21,660 nucleotides of DNA from the NCBI GenBank assembly GCA_965612795.1, contig CBFDTI010000016.1, positions 1 to 21,660 of the forward strand, in the 5' to 3' direction. This stretch comes from an uncultured bacterium. Its GTDB lineage: Bacteria; Hydrothermota; UBA3073; NMUJ01. Both the position numbers and the translations under genes were made by a program. Below the pieces are notes generated by a model, which saw only the letters and a program-made list of their open reading frames with translations, did no database searches and had not been told where the DNA came from. Positions 8,869 through 16,711 of the stretch are shown here, in pieces (position 1 is the first letter of the stretch; each line of letters starts with the position of its first letter).

Positions 8869-9210
8869 ATGGACAAAAAATTAAGTGAAATTATAAAAAG
8901 AGTGGTAGATGAAGTCGACCCAGAGAAGATTATACTTTTTGGATCGAGAGCTGTGGGGGGATCGCAGAAATACAGTGATTACGATATATGTGTATTAAAG
9001 AAGGAAATTAAAGATAAAAGAGAAACCATCAGAAGGATCTATCGTAAACTCCTTGGTGTAGGCGTAGCGGTGGATGTGATAGTTGAAACTACTGACCGGT
9101 TTGAAGAATTAAAAGATAAGTGGTTCCTTATTTATAGTGAGATTGCTAAGCGAGGTAAAGTTGTATATGAGAAACGAAAAGTTCGTAGCGGAATGGTTAC
9201 GGAGGGCTAA
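8869..9210 (+). CDS. Minimal nucleotidyltransferase (MNT) antitoxin
   Basis: IILFGSRAVG...SDYDICV (GSx10DxD) and VDVIV; overlaps a downstream HEPN gene. Confidence 0.9.
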   Translation: MDKKLSEIIKRVVDEVDPEKIILFGSRAVGGSQKYSDYDICVLKKEIKDKRETIRRIYRKLLGVGVAVDVIVETTDRFEELKDKWFLIYSEIAKRGKVVYEKRKVRSGMVTEG

Positions 9211-9552
9211 GAGTAACTTAGAAAGGGCAAAAGCAGGCAGGATTTGTGAGGATATCCTATATGAAGATTTATGTTTTGATTGCCAGCAAGCTGTGGAAAA
9301 GCCCTAAAGGCGTTACTTATTAGCATAAATAGGGAATTTCCGCCCACACATTCGATTGCGAGACTTTTGGAATTGATTGAAGATACGGGTATTAATATAC
9401 CCGACGAAGTTAAAAATGCTGTGGAATTGACCGATTATGCGGTGAAAGCAAGATACCCTGGTGAGATGGAACCCGTTACTGAAGAAGAATACAAAAGAGC
9501 GATTAAGATTGCTGAAACAGTGTTTGAATGGGTAAAGGGGTTACTGAGATAG
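9167..9552 (+). pseudogene. HEPN toxin gene split by a 1-nt frameshift near 9297-9301
   Basis: ATG 9167 gives MRNEKFVAEWLRRAKSNL...LCFDCQQAVEKP* (TAA 9305-9307). The -1 frame continues ALKALLI...REFPPTHSIARL...YAVKARYPG to TAG 9552. Joined, they restore the family motif QQAVEKALKA. Confidence 0.85.
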
Positions 9553-9572
9553 TGAAAAAGATGAGCGCATGC

Positions 9573-10040
9573 TTACCCTAATAATGGGGCGACCAACTCA
9601 CATACTTTAATGAGGAAATCCTTATCTTCATCTGTGAATGCTGATGGTTGGTGTGAATCGATGTCGAGCTCAGCTACGAAATTGTTATCAAGGAATATCG
9701 GGATGACGGCTTCGGAGCGAACGTTTATGTCGCAGGCAAGGTAGTTATCTTCTTTGGAGACATCGGAGATGATGAGCGGTTGTTTTGTGTGGGCGACACG
9801 ACCGCAGATACCTTTGCCAAACGGTATACGGGTGTGGATGGTGGGTTTACCGGCGAACGGTCCAAGTACAAGCTCGTCATTGTGAGGGTTAACGAGATAG
9901 AAGCCAACCCAATCGTAACCCGGTACATTATCACGTAGTAGGTTGCAGATGGCACGTAGCTTGGAATCTGTGGTACTATCACCATGTATGATGTGCGTTA
10001 TTTGTGCCACTAAGGTGTTGAACAGCTGTCGTTTATCCAT
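9573..10040 (-). CDS. msrC: GAF-domain protein, free methionine-R-sulfoxide reductase (MsrC/YebR-like)
   Basis: DWVGFYL, LVLGPFAG, IPFGKGICG, NYLAC, RSEAVIPI, ELDIDS. Confidence 0.8.
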   Translation of the reverse strand: MDKRQLFNTLVAQITHIIHGDSTTDSKLRAICNLLRDNVPGYDWVGFYLVNPHNDELVLGPFAGKPTIHTRIPFGKGICGRVAHTKQPLIISDVSKEDNYLACDINVRSEAVIPIFLDNNFVAELDIDSHQPSAFTDEDKDFLIKVCELVAPLLG

Positions 10041-10046
10041 ATGTTA

Positions 10047-10074
10047 AAGATATTAAAGGTGTCCATAAACTCAA
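10047..10074 (-). promoter_or_regulatory. GAF gene promoter TTGAGT-N16-TATCTT, probably leaderless
   Basis: Minus strand: TTGAGT 10074-10069, TATCTT 10052-10047, 6 nt, ATG 10040. Confidence 0.5.
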
Positions 10075-10101
10075 TATAAGTTGACGGTATCGCAAGCTAC
10101 G

Positions 10102-10132
10102 TTGACATGTAAGAGGGTAGTTTATCTAATTT
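10102..10132 (+). promoter_or_regulatory. ABC operon promoter: TTGACA with TATCTA at N15 or TAATTT at N19
   Basis: TTGACA 10102-10107; TATCTA 10123-10128; TAATTT 10127-10132 lies 6 nt before ATG 10139. A second TTGACG sits at 10081. Confidence 0.5.
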
Positions 10133-10138
10133 TAACAC

Positions 10139-11398
10139 ATGCAGGCTGGTGGTAGGTGGTTATTCATGATACTGATAGTGGCAGCAGGTGGATTCTTTTA
10201 CGTATGGTACGTAAATCATGAAGATGATAATGCGATCGTCATCCGATATATGACATGGGATAGTGCGCGTGGGCTCGAACCTGAACGTAAGATTATTGAG
10301 AGGTTTGAGCAACAGCATCCTAACATCAAGATAAGTTTGGAACCCTGCCCACAGGGGTATGAAGATAGGGTGATAGTATCGTTGGCGGGTGGTAAGCCAC
10401 CGGATGTGTTCCTGTGGTGGAACTATCCGAGGTTGGTGGAGTTGGGTGCGTTGGAGGATCTCAGGCCTTACCTTGATAGTGATACCACGATATCGTTGGA
10501 GGATTTTTATCCCAATCTGGTGCCAATCGTCCTCTATAAGGGGAAGGTGTGTGGGTTGCTTAAGGATTTTACGCCTGCAATACTATACTATAACAAGGAT
10601 CTGTTTGATGCTGCAGGTATACCGTATCCGGATTCGGATTGGACCTGGGACGAGTTTCGTGATATAGCCATACAGTTGACGCATGGTGATACGTATGGGT
10701 TTCTGGTTGATGCACGTGATATATACACGTTGGAGATGTGGGTATGGAGTAATGGAGGTGACCTCATGTCACCTGATGGCGATACCGCTACAGGGTATCT
10801 CGATAGCAAGGAGACAATAGAGGCGATCAGGTTCTATACCGAGTTGTACACAAAATATAGGGTGTCGCCGGGGTTGGCCGAACGTGCATCGATGGGTGGA
10901 GGTGTGAACATGTTTATCACGGGTAAGTTGGCGATGTTCGTAAGTGGTAGGTGGCCACTGTTGCAACTCAAACGCATAAAGGGGTTGAGGTTTGGTACGG
11001 TGTTGCCACCGCACCCCAAGGGTAAACAGCTTGTGGAGATCATATACCAATCGGCACAGGTGATGGCAAAGGAGTCACGTCATAAGAAAGAAGCGTGGGA
11101 GTTCCTCAAGGCGATGGCGGATACTGCTGCACATAGGATACGTGGTGAGATGGGTTGGGCCATACCAGCATATCCGGAAGTAGTTAAGAGGTTGGGGTTT
11201 GACAAGGATCCTATCGAACGGCCCTTCATACAGGCGGTAAAGTATGCGACGAAGAAACCGATAGCCCTTAGGACGGTGAGGTGGCCTGAAATTGAACGTA
11301 AGATTGCGTATGGGATGGAACGCATAATGTTGTTGGATGAGGATGTGGAGAAGGTGCTCAAAGAGGTAGCGTATAAGATAGATCATGGGTTAGAATGA
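10139..11398 (+). CDS. Carbohydrate ABC transporter substrate-binding protein (SBP_bac_1/8 type)
   Basis: FEQQHPNIKI, GKPPDVF, LYYNKDLFDAAGIPYPDSDWTWDEF, FITGKLAMFVSGRW, EAWEFLK; N-terminal hydrophobic anchor. Confidence 0.92.
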   Translation: MQAGGRWLFMILIVAAGGFFYVWYVNHEDDNAIVIRYMTWDSARGLEPERKIIERFEQQHPNIKISLEPCPQGYEDRVIVSLAGGKPPDVFLWWNYPRLVELGALEDLRPYLDSDTTISLEDFYPNLVPIVLYKGKVCGLLKDFTPAILYYNKDLFDAAGIPYPDSDWTWDEFRDIAIQLTHGDTYGFLVDARDIYTLEMWVWSNGGDLMSPDGDTATGYLDSKETIEAIRFYTELYTKYRVSPGLAERASMGGGVNMFITGKLAMFVSGRWPLLQLKRIKGLRFGTVLPPHPKGKQLVEIIYQSAQVMAKESRHKKEAWEFLKAMADTAAHRIRGEMGWAIPAYPEVVKRLGFDKDPIERPFIQAVKYATKKPIALRTVRWPEIERKIAYGMERIMLLDEDVEKVLKEVAYKIDHGLE

Positions 11399-12303
11399 AG
11401 CGCCCTAGGTATTGGCGACGTGAGGCGTTGGACGGGTATCTGTTCATATTGCCATGGTTGATAGGGTTGGCAGTGTTCACGTTGGGGCCTATCATTGCAT
11501 CGATGGTCATAAGCCTACATAGGTGGCCATTACTTAAGGAGCCAAGTTTTGTGGGTGTACAGAACTATATCAAGCTGATATATGATCCGTTGTTCCACCA
11601 ATCGCTGAAGGTGACCTTCATCTATGCGTTTGTGAGTGTGCCGTTGAATCTTGGTGTGGCGTTGGGGTTGGCGTTGCTGTTGAACCAAAAGGTCAGGGGG
11701 TTGTCGATGTTCAGGACGTTGTTCTATCTACCGTCGATATTGCCGATGGTGGCGGTATCGGTGGTGTGGATGTGGCTGTATAACCCAAAGTTTGGGTTGA
11801 TCAACTACTTTCTACGTAAGATAGTGGGGCTGTTTGGGGTTGAGTTTCAGGGGTTGGAATGGCTGGCGAGCCCAAGATGGGCGTTACCTGCACTTATATT
11901 GATGAACGTGTGGGGTGTGGGTGGGTCGATGCTTATATTGTTGGCAGGGCTACAGAATATACCACGTACGTACTATGATGCGGCAGCAGTCGATGGTGCC
12001 AATGCGTGGCAGAAGTTTGTGAAGATAACGTTACCGATGTTGTCACCGACGTTGTTCTTTCTGTTAGTGGTGGGCCTCATAGGGGCGATGCAGGTGTTTA
12101 CACAATCGTACATCATGACGGGTGGGGGGCCATTGAATGCTACGTTGTTTACGGTGTTGCTGCTGTACAACCATGGGTTTAGGTGGTTCAGCATGGGTTA
12201 TGCGTCGGCGATCGCGTGGGTGTTGAGTGTGATCATCATGATACTTACAGCTATCATGCTGTATACGTCGAAGAAGTGGGTGTATTACGAAGCAAGAAGA
12301 TGA
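11395..12303 (+). CDS. Carbohydrate ABC transporter permease (MalF/UgpA-like)
   Basis: GYLFILPWLIG, FVGVQNY, FRTLFYLPS, EAA loop YYDAAAVDGA, ITLPMLSP, MGYASA. Confidence 0.93.
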   Translation: MKRPRYWRREALDGYLFILPWLIGLAVFTLGPIIASMVISLHRWPLLKEPSFVGVQNYIKLIYDPLFHQSLKVTFIYAFVSVPLNLGVALGLALLLNQKVRGLSMFRTLFYLPSILPMVAVSVVWMWLYNPKFGLINYFLRKIVGLFGVEFQGLEWLASPRWALPALILMNVWGVGGSMLILLAGLQNIPRTYYDAAAVDGANAWQKFVKITLPMLSPTLFFLLVVGLIGAMQVFTQSYIMTGGGPLNATLFTVLLLYNHGFRWFSMGYASAIAWVLSVIIMILTAIMLYTSKKWVYYEARR

Positions 12304-13130
12304 AGGGTAAACTAAGTGTTACCAAAATACTTGTGTACGTGGTGTTGATAGGCGGGTCGATAATCTTTCTTATGCCATTGGTGTGGATGGTATCGACAGC
12401 ACTTAAGTCAGGTGAGGCGATATTCCAGTATCCACCTAAGTTTATACCGGAGGAGCTACACTGGGAGAATTTCAAGCTCGCACTCACTATATTGCCGTTT
12501 GGGAGGTTCTTTCTTAACACGATCGTGATAGTGGGGTTAAGCTTAATCGGTACGGTGTTGTCGTGTGCAATGGTGGGGTTTGGGTTTGCGAGGTTGAGGT
12601 TCCCTGGTAGGGATGTGCTGTTCTTCATAGTGTTGGCAACGATGATGATACCGTATCCGGTGACAACGATACCGGTGTTTATCATGTTTAGGAAGATGGG
12701 GTGGATAGATACGTTTCTACCGTTGACAGTACCGGCGTTTTTTGGTAATGCGTTCTTTATATTTCTGTTGCGACAGTTCTATCTCAGTATACCGATGGAG
12801 TTGGATGATGCAGCTAAGATTGATGGATGTTCGAGCTGGCAGATATTCTGTAACATACATCTACCGTTGATCAAGCCGGCACTCATAACCATGGCGGTGT
12901 TGCATTTTATTGGGGCATGGAACGATTTCTTTGGCCCACTCATATACCTGACATCACAACGTAATTATACCTTGGCGTTGGGGTTGGCTACGTTTCGTGG
13001 TATGTACAGCACGGATTGGGAGCTGTTGATGGCGGCATCGTTGGTGGTGATCACACCTGCAATCATTGTGTTCTTCTTTGCACAACGTAAGATAATTGAG
13101 GGTATCACACTTACGGGGATGCGTGGTTAG
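12300..13130 (+). CDS. Carbohydrate ABC transporter permease (MalG/UgpE-like)
   Basis: PLVWMVSTALK, FARLRFPGRD, IFLLRQFY, LDDAAKIDG, WNDFFGPLIYL, FFAQR. ATGA overlap gives a start at 12300 rather than 12183. Confidence 0.93.
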   Translation: MKGKLSVTKILVYVVLIGGSIIFLMPLVWMVSTALKSGEAIFQYPPKFIPEELHWENFKLALTILPFGRFFLNTIVIVGLSLIGTVLSCAMVGFGFARLRFPGRDVLFFIVLATMMIPYPVTTIPVFIMFRKMGWIDTFLPLTVPAFFGNAFFIFLLRQFYLSIPMELDDAAKIDGCSSWQIFCNIHLPLIKPALITMAVLHFIGAWNDFFGPLIYLTSQRNYTLALGLATFRGMYSTDWELLMAASLVVITPAIIVFFFAQRKIIEGITLTGMRG

Positions 13131-13153
13131 CACAGTACGGTGAAGGGAATGCG

Positions 13154-13180
13154 TTGACATTTTGGGGTTTGAAGTATACT
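13154..13180 (+). promoter_or_regulatory. Promoter TTGACA-N15-TATACT
   Basis: Perfect -35 (13154-13159) and near-perfect -10 (13175-13180) separated by 15 nt. Confidence 0.65.
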
Positions 13181-13300
13181 GATATATAAGAAGGGGGATA
13201 AATTTGGATAATAAATAAAAAAGTCAGTTTATTCTATAAACCGACAGTTCAGCAAGACTTACAAACAGGAGTAGTGTGAACAAGTAAAAAGGAGGTAATA

Positions 13301-13588
13301 ATGTATGCAGTTGTGATACGTGCACAGGGGCAACCTGGCAAGATAGATACAGCAGCAAGTATCTGGAGAGATTCCGTGATACCTGTACTGAAGCAACGTA
13401 AGGGGTTTAAAGGTGGATTTTTTATGACAGACCCTGACACGGGTAAAGGTATATCGATCACTTTTTGGGAGACGGAAGCTGATGCTAAGGAAGGTGAGGC
13501 CAGTGGGTTGTATAAGGAGCGAATTGCTAAGTTTACGAGCGTACTTACTGAACCGCCTACACGTGAGGTTTACGAGGTACAGATATAA
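13301..13588 (+). CDS. ABM-like (dimeric alpha/beta barrel) small protein
   Basis: 95 aa; PGKID...KQRKGFKG...ISITFWETEADA...EVYEV pattern; SD AAGGAGGT. Confidence 0.75.
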   Translation: MYAVVIRAQGQPGKIDTAASIWRDSVIPVLKQRKGFKGGFFMTDPDTGKGISITFWETEADAKEGEASGLYKERIAKFTSVLTEPPTREVYEVQI

Positions 13589-13878
13589 GTTGTGGTTGAC
13601 GGGTGACATCTGAAGTGAAAATGGTGTGGGAAGCACCATCAGGTATGGATGAATATCGGTATATAAACAGGTTACGGACGAGGTGAACTAGTACAGGGTG
13701 TTAGAATAATAATCTATGTTTTAGCTCCCAATTAACATAGTAATTCAATGACCAGGCCCAGCCATTTACGTTTGTGACACGATACAGGAGGGGTGCAAAA
13801 TTTAGGATAACCGCTTGGTGAGCGATATTTTAGCTTGTTGTTTATACGTACGTTGTAATCCCACATTAGGGGACGAAA

Positions 13879-13906
13879 TTGACAGCTGTAGGTGATGTAA
13901 TACATT
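13879..13906 (+). promoter_or_regulatory. Promoter TTGACA-N16-TACATT
   Basis: TTGACA 13879-13884 and TACATT 13901-13906, upstream of ATG 13934. Confidence 0.55.
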
Positions 13907-13933
13907 AATGTGAGGTATACAATTGGGGATGGG

Positions 13934-14839
13934 ATGAAGGTTAAATGTCCAAGGTGTGGATTTTGGGATGAAGGTAAGTTCTGCAGTAATTGTGGTGCAC
14001 CGTTGCCACAACCGAAGGTGGAGAAGCCCGACGTGCCGGAGGATGTGGCGTGGGTGGACAAATGTCCAGTATGTAAATCAGGTAAGCTGGTGGAGATAAC
14101 CCAAAAGAGGTTGTTTGGGTTGGTGAAGACCGAGCAGCTGGAATGCAACAACTGTGGGGCTAAGTTTGTCAAACATGGTGATAGGTATAAGCTGACGTGG
14201 GTTGAGGATACCACCAACCCGGTATGGGAAGAATATGGTAACCAGACGTTGACACCAAGGGAGTGGAAGAACATCGCGTATGGGGGGATGTCGGATGCGA
14301 AACAGAAAGAGCTGGATATGGAGTGCTGGATGACGGAGCTCAGAGAGGGTAAGGTGCCAATACGTATGGGGGGTGAACCACCCATCATACTGCGTAGAAG
14401 GGAAAACCCGATACTTGTGTTACCCAATGTGGTGTTGTGGGAGCCACGTAGTGTTAGACGGATAACGGGTGGATATGCGGGGCCAACGTTCAGGATAGCC
14501 AAAGGTGTATACTTCAGGGTGGGTGGCTTCCGTGCGGTGGGTGAGTCACACGAGGAGCTTAAGCAGATAGATGAGGGGGTGCTCACGTTGACAGATAGGA
14601 GGTTGGTATTCTCGGGTAGCAAACGTACGGTTAATATCGACCTACGTAAGATTGTGGCTGTAGAGCCATACCGTGATGGTATAGGGGTGCAACGTGCGGA
14701 TAGAGCAAGGACACAGTACTTTACGGGTATAGACCAGGTGGAGCTCAAAATAAGGGTGGAGGATAGAGAATATACCGAACCACTTACGGGGTTGATAATG
14801 AAGTACATGATCGAAGGCCTCGTGAAGCGGATGGGATAG
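13934..14839 (+). CDS. Zinc-ribbon protein with a C-terminal PH-like domain, function unknown
   Basis: Four CxxC pairs (CPRC/CSNC, CPVC/CNNC); C-terminal GPTFRIAKGVYFRVG...DEGVLTLTDRRLVFSG...IDLRKIVAVEPYRDGI. Start ATG 13934 (MKVKC) follows a G-rich SD. Confidence 0.75.
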   Translation: MKVKCPRCGFWDEGKFCSNCGAPLPQPKVEKPDVPEDVAWVDKCPVCKSGKLVEITQKRLFGLVKTEQLECNNCGAKFVKHGDRYKLTWVEDTTNPVWEEYGNQTLTPREWKNIAYGGMSDAKQKELDMECWMTELREGKVPIRMGGEPPIILRRRENPILVLPNVVLWEPRSVRRITGGYAGPTFRIAKGVYFRVGGFRAVGESHEELKQIDEGVLTLTDRRLVFSGSKRTVNIDLRKIVAVEPYRDGIGVQRADRARTQYFTGIDQVELKIRVEDREYTEPLTGLIMKYMIEGLVKRMG

Positions 14840-14869
14840 GAGGTGAAGATCTCTCTTCCTACTTTTTCT
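14837..14869 (+). terminator. Possible intrinsic terminator
   Basis: TAGGAGG...CTTCCTA stem (one G-U pair) followed by CTTTTTCT. Confidence 0.4.
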
Positions 14870-14884
14870 GAGTCACCACAGGAC

Positions 14885-14914
14885 TTGAGTTTTGCTCAAT
14901 CTTTGCTGTATACT
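14885..14914 (+). promoter_or_regulatory. Nuclease gene promoter TTGAGT-N18-TATACT with dyad TTGAG-N5-CTCAA
   Basis: TTGAGT 14885-14890, TATACT 14909-14914, inverted repeat 14885-14899, SD AAGGAGGT before ATG 14947. Confidence 0.4.
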
Positions 14915-14946
14915 TATTTCTGAAAATATCAAAAAGGAGGTAAATA

Positions 14947-16086
14947 ATGGGTATTACTTTAACACAAATTTTAAATTTAGTCGGGAAGTTAGATGATACT
15001 CTAGGGGACGATACTCCAAGAGAGCGTTTTAGGAGATTTCTCAGGGATAATGTCAAAGAAGTAGGACAGATTCGAGATTATATCGAAGAATGCCTAAGGA
15101 ATTCCGGAGATCAGTATAATCGTGCCCTTCAAGATTTAGTGAATCATTTGGCAACTTTCTTAGGATTCAAAGTAGTTTTCGGTAGATACCAAGGAGTCCC
15201 GAGCCAGATTGGATTCGATGGGCTTTGGGAATCACCGTTGGACTTCTTTATTGTTGCTGAGGTTAAAACTACTGAAGTATATGCTATTAAGACGTCCATT
15301 CTCATTGGATATGTGGATGCTTTGATTTCTGAAAGGAAAATCCCTAATTGGGAATATGCGCTGGGGCTTTATGTCGTGGGACGCCCTGATCCTGAACTCC
15401 ACCAGTTAGAAAACTCCATAATAGCTGAACGAAGGATTCACCAACTTCGTATAGTATCAGTAGAATCCTTACTCTCGCTTGCTGAGTTAATGAACGAATA
15501 TGACATTAACCACGCAGATGTCCTCTCGATTTTAAAGCCCTCTGGTCCAACAATAGACCCCGTTGTGGACTTGATGACACGCCTTGTTGCCCAACAGCTG
15601 GCGGAGAAGAAACCGATAGAACAACCTGTGGTGACTGAGGTTTCTCCTGTGGGAGCACAATATTGGCTAACTCCGGTGAAAGGCGATGAGGAGCGGACTG
15701 CAGAAGAGGAGATCAAGATACTTGTTGGTGAGGAGAAGATCTATGCGTTCGGGGAACGTACGCCAGGAAGAAGATATATTAAACCGGATGATTGGATTTG
15801 TTTTTATGCAGCTGGAAATGGCGTAGTAGCTCATGCAAAAGTGGCTTCCACTCCTGAACGCAAACGTCATCCTAAGATTCGACATCCCGATAAGTATCCG
15901 TGGGTATTTCACCTTAAGGACGTTCGGCTCTATCTAGATAATCCTGTGATTATTAATGCAGAACTGCGAGGCAAACTTGATGCTTTCCAAGGGAAGAATC
16001 CAGATCAAGGTTGGGCATGGTTCGTCCAAGCGACTCGTAGAATTACAAGACGAGATTTCGAGCTTTTAACGAGAAGTGAGCAATAA
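14947..16086 (+). CDS. PD-(D/E)xK (Mrr-like) nuclease fused to an EVE/PUA-like domain; candidate modification-dependent restriction endonuclease
   Basis: N-terminal LQDLVNHL...LGF...GFDGLW...IVAEVKT catalytic pattern; C-terminal QYWLTPV...IKPDDWICFYAAGNGVVAHAKVAS...YPWVFHL typical of EVE. Confidence 0.7.
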   Translation: MGITLTQILNLVGKLDDTLGDDTPRERFRRFLRDNVKEVGQIRDYIEECLRNSGDQYNRALQDLVNHLATFLGFKVVFGRYQGVPSQIGFDGLWESPLDFFIVAEVKTTEVYAIKTSILIGYVDALISERKIPNWEYALGLYVVGRPDPELHQLENSIIAERRIHQLRIVSVESLLSLAELMNEYDINHADVLSILKPSGPTIDPVVDLMTRLVAQQLAEKKPIEQPVVTEVSPVGAQYWLTPVKGDEERTAEEEIKILVGEEKIYAFGERTPGRRYIKPDDWICFYAAGNGVVAHAKVASTPERKRHPKIRHPDKYPWVFHLKDVRLYLDNPVIINAELRGKLDAFQGKNPDQGWAWFVQATRRITRRDFELLTRSEQ

Positions 16087-16189
16087 AGATTTATCTTACT
16101 GAAAAAAACATAAAAGACGCATCAGATGATAGGCTCAAAAACTTATTTCTTATATTGGAAAACGTTAACCGGGAGATGAGGGCTAAGAT

Positions 16190-16445
16190 GTGGAGAAAGA
16201 GCCCTCGTATATTGTTTCTATTATTCTGGTACTTGTCATTTCTATAATCGGTTGTATAAAGGTGAAGACGCGGCTTGATGTAGCTATAGTTTCACACCCG
16301 AAGGTGGAGCCAATGTAACCAGTCTTTTCGTTACGTTTGAGGGGCGATTGGAGACTTACGGTGGATGGTTGGGAGCTAAGAGAACCATATCCGTGACTGT
16401 GTAGTGTGGTGGGAAGACTACTATACTAATCAACTCAGGTGTTAA
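16190..16445 (+). pseudogene. Decayed lipoprotein gene remnant
   Basis: SD GAGGG then GTG 16190: MEKEPSYIVSIILVLVISIIGC-IKVKTRLDVAIVSHP. After a frameshift near 16297: EGGANVTSLFVTFEGRLETYGGWLGAKRTISVTV*, TAG at 16402. A second shift gives WWEDYYTNQLRC* (TAA 16443-16445). Confidence 0.5.
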
Positions 16446-16447
16446 TG

Positions 16448-16474
16448 TTGACAACCGTCATGTTGATATATTTT
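16448..16474 (+). promoter_or_regulatory. Promoter TTGACA-N15-TATTTT upstream of carA
   Basis: TTGACA 16448-16453, TATTTT 16469-16474. Confidence 0.5.
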
Positions 16475-16711
16475 TCAAAAGAAGTTTAGCTCTCTCAGTA
16501 ACCATTAGGTGGAATCGCATATCAATGTGTTATACAACAAAACGAGTCAAAATCAAAGAAAGGTCAAACCCCATCACGCAACATCCAACTCACTTGCTTA
16601 AAAGTTGTGTTTTTCCGTTATCCAATCGCTGTAATGGGATCGAAGTCATAACAGATATGAGGTTGGACTTTCCGCATAAAGTGCGGTATACAGGTAAGAA
16701 GCTTTTGGTGT

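Noticed and set aside
9280..9552. 90-aa ORF as an independent gene
   Set aside because: It is the C-terminal half of the frameshifted HEPN gene; its MPASCG start is out-of-frame sequence.
13852..13883. GTTGTAATCCCACATTAGGGGACGAAATTGAC resembles a CRISPR direct repeat
   Set aside because: I found only one copy, with no spacers or cas genes, and its end is the -35 box of the next promoter.
13732..14808. 358-aa minus-strand ORF
   Set aside because: Antisense shadow of the zinc-ribbon gene; Ser/Pro/Thr-rich with no motifs.
8811..16445. Mobile-element boundaries around the TA pair and the nuclease region
   Set aside because: No integrase, transposase, tRNA or flanking direct/inverted repeats recognised by eye.
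16480..16711. PyrR binding loop or ARG box upstream of carA
   Set aside because: No PyrR consensus or terminator/antiterminator seen; only weak imperfect palindromes.
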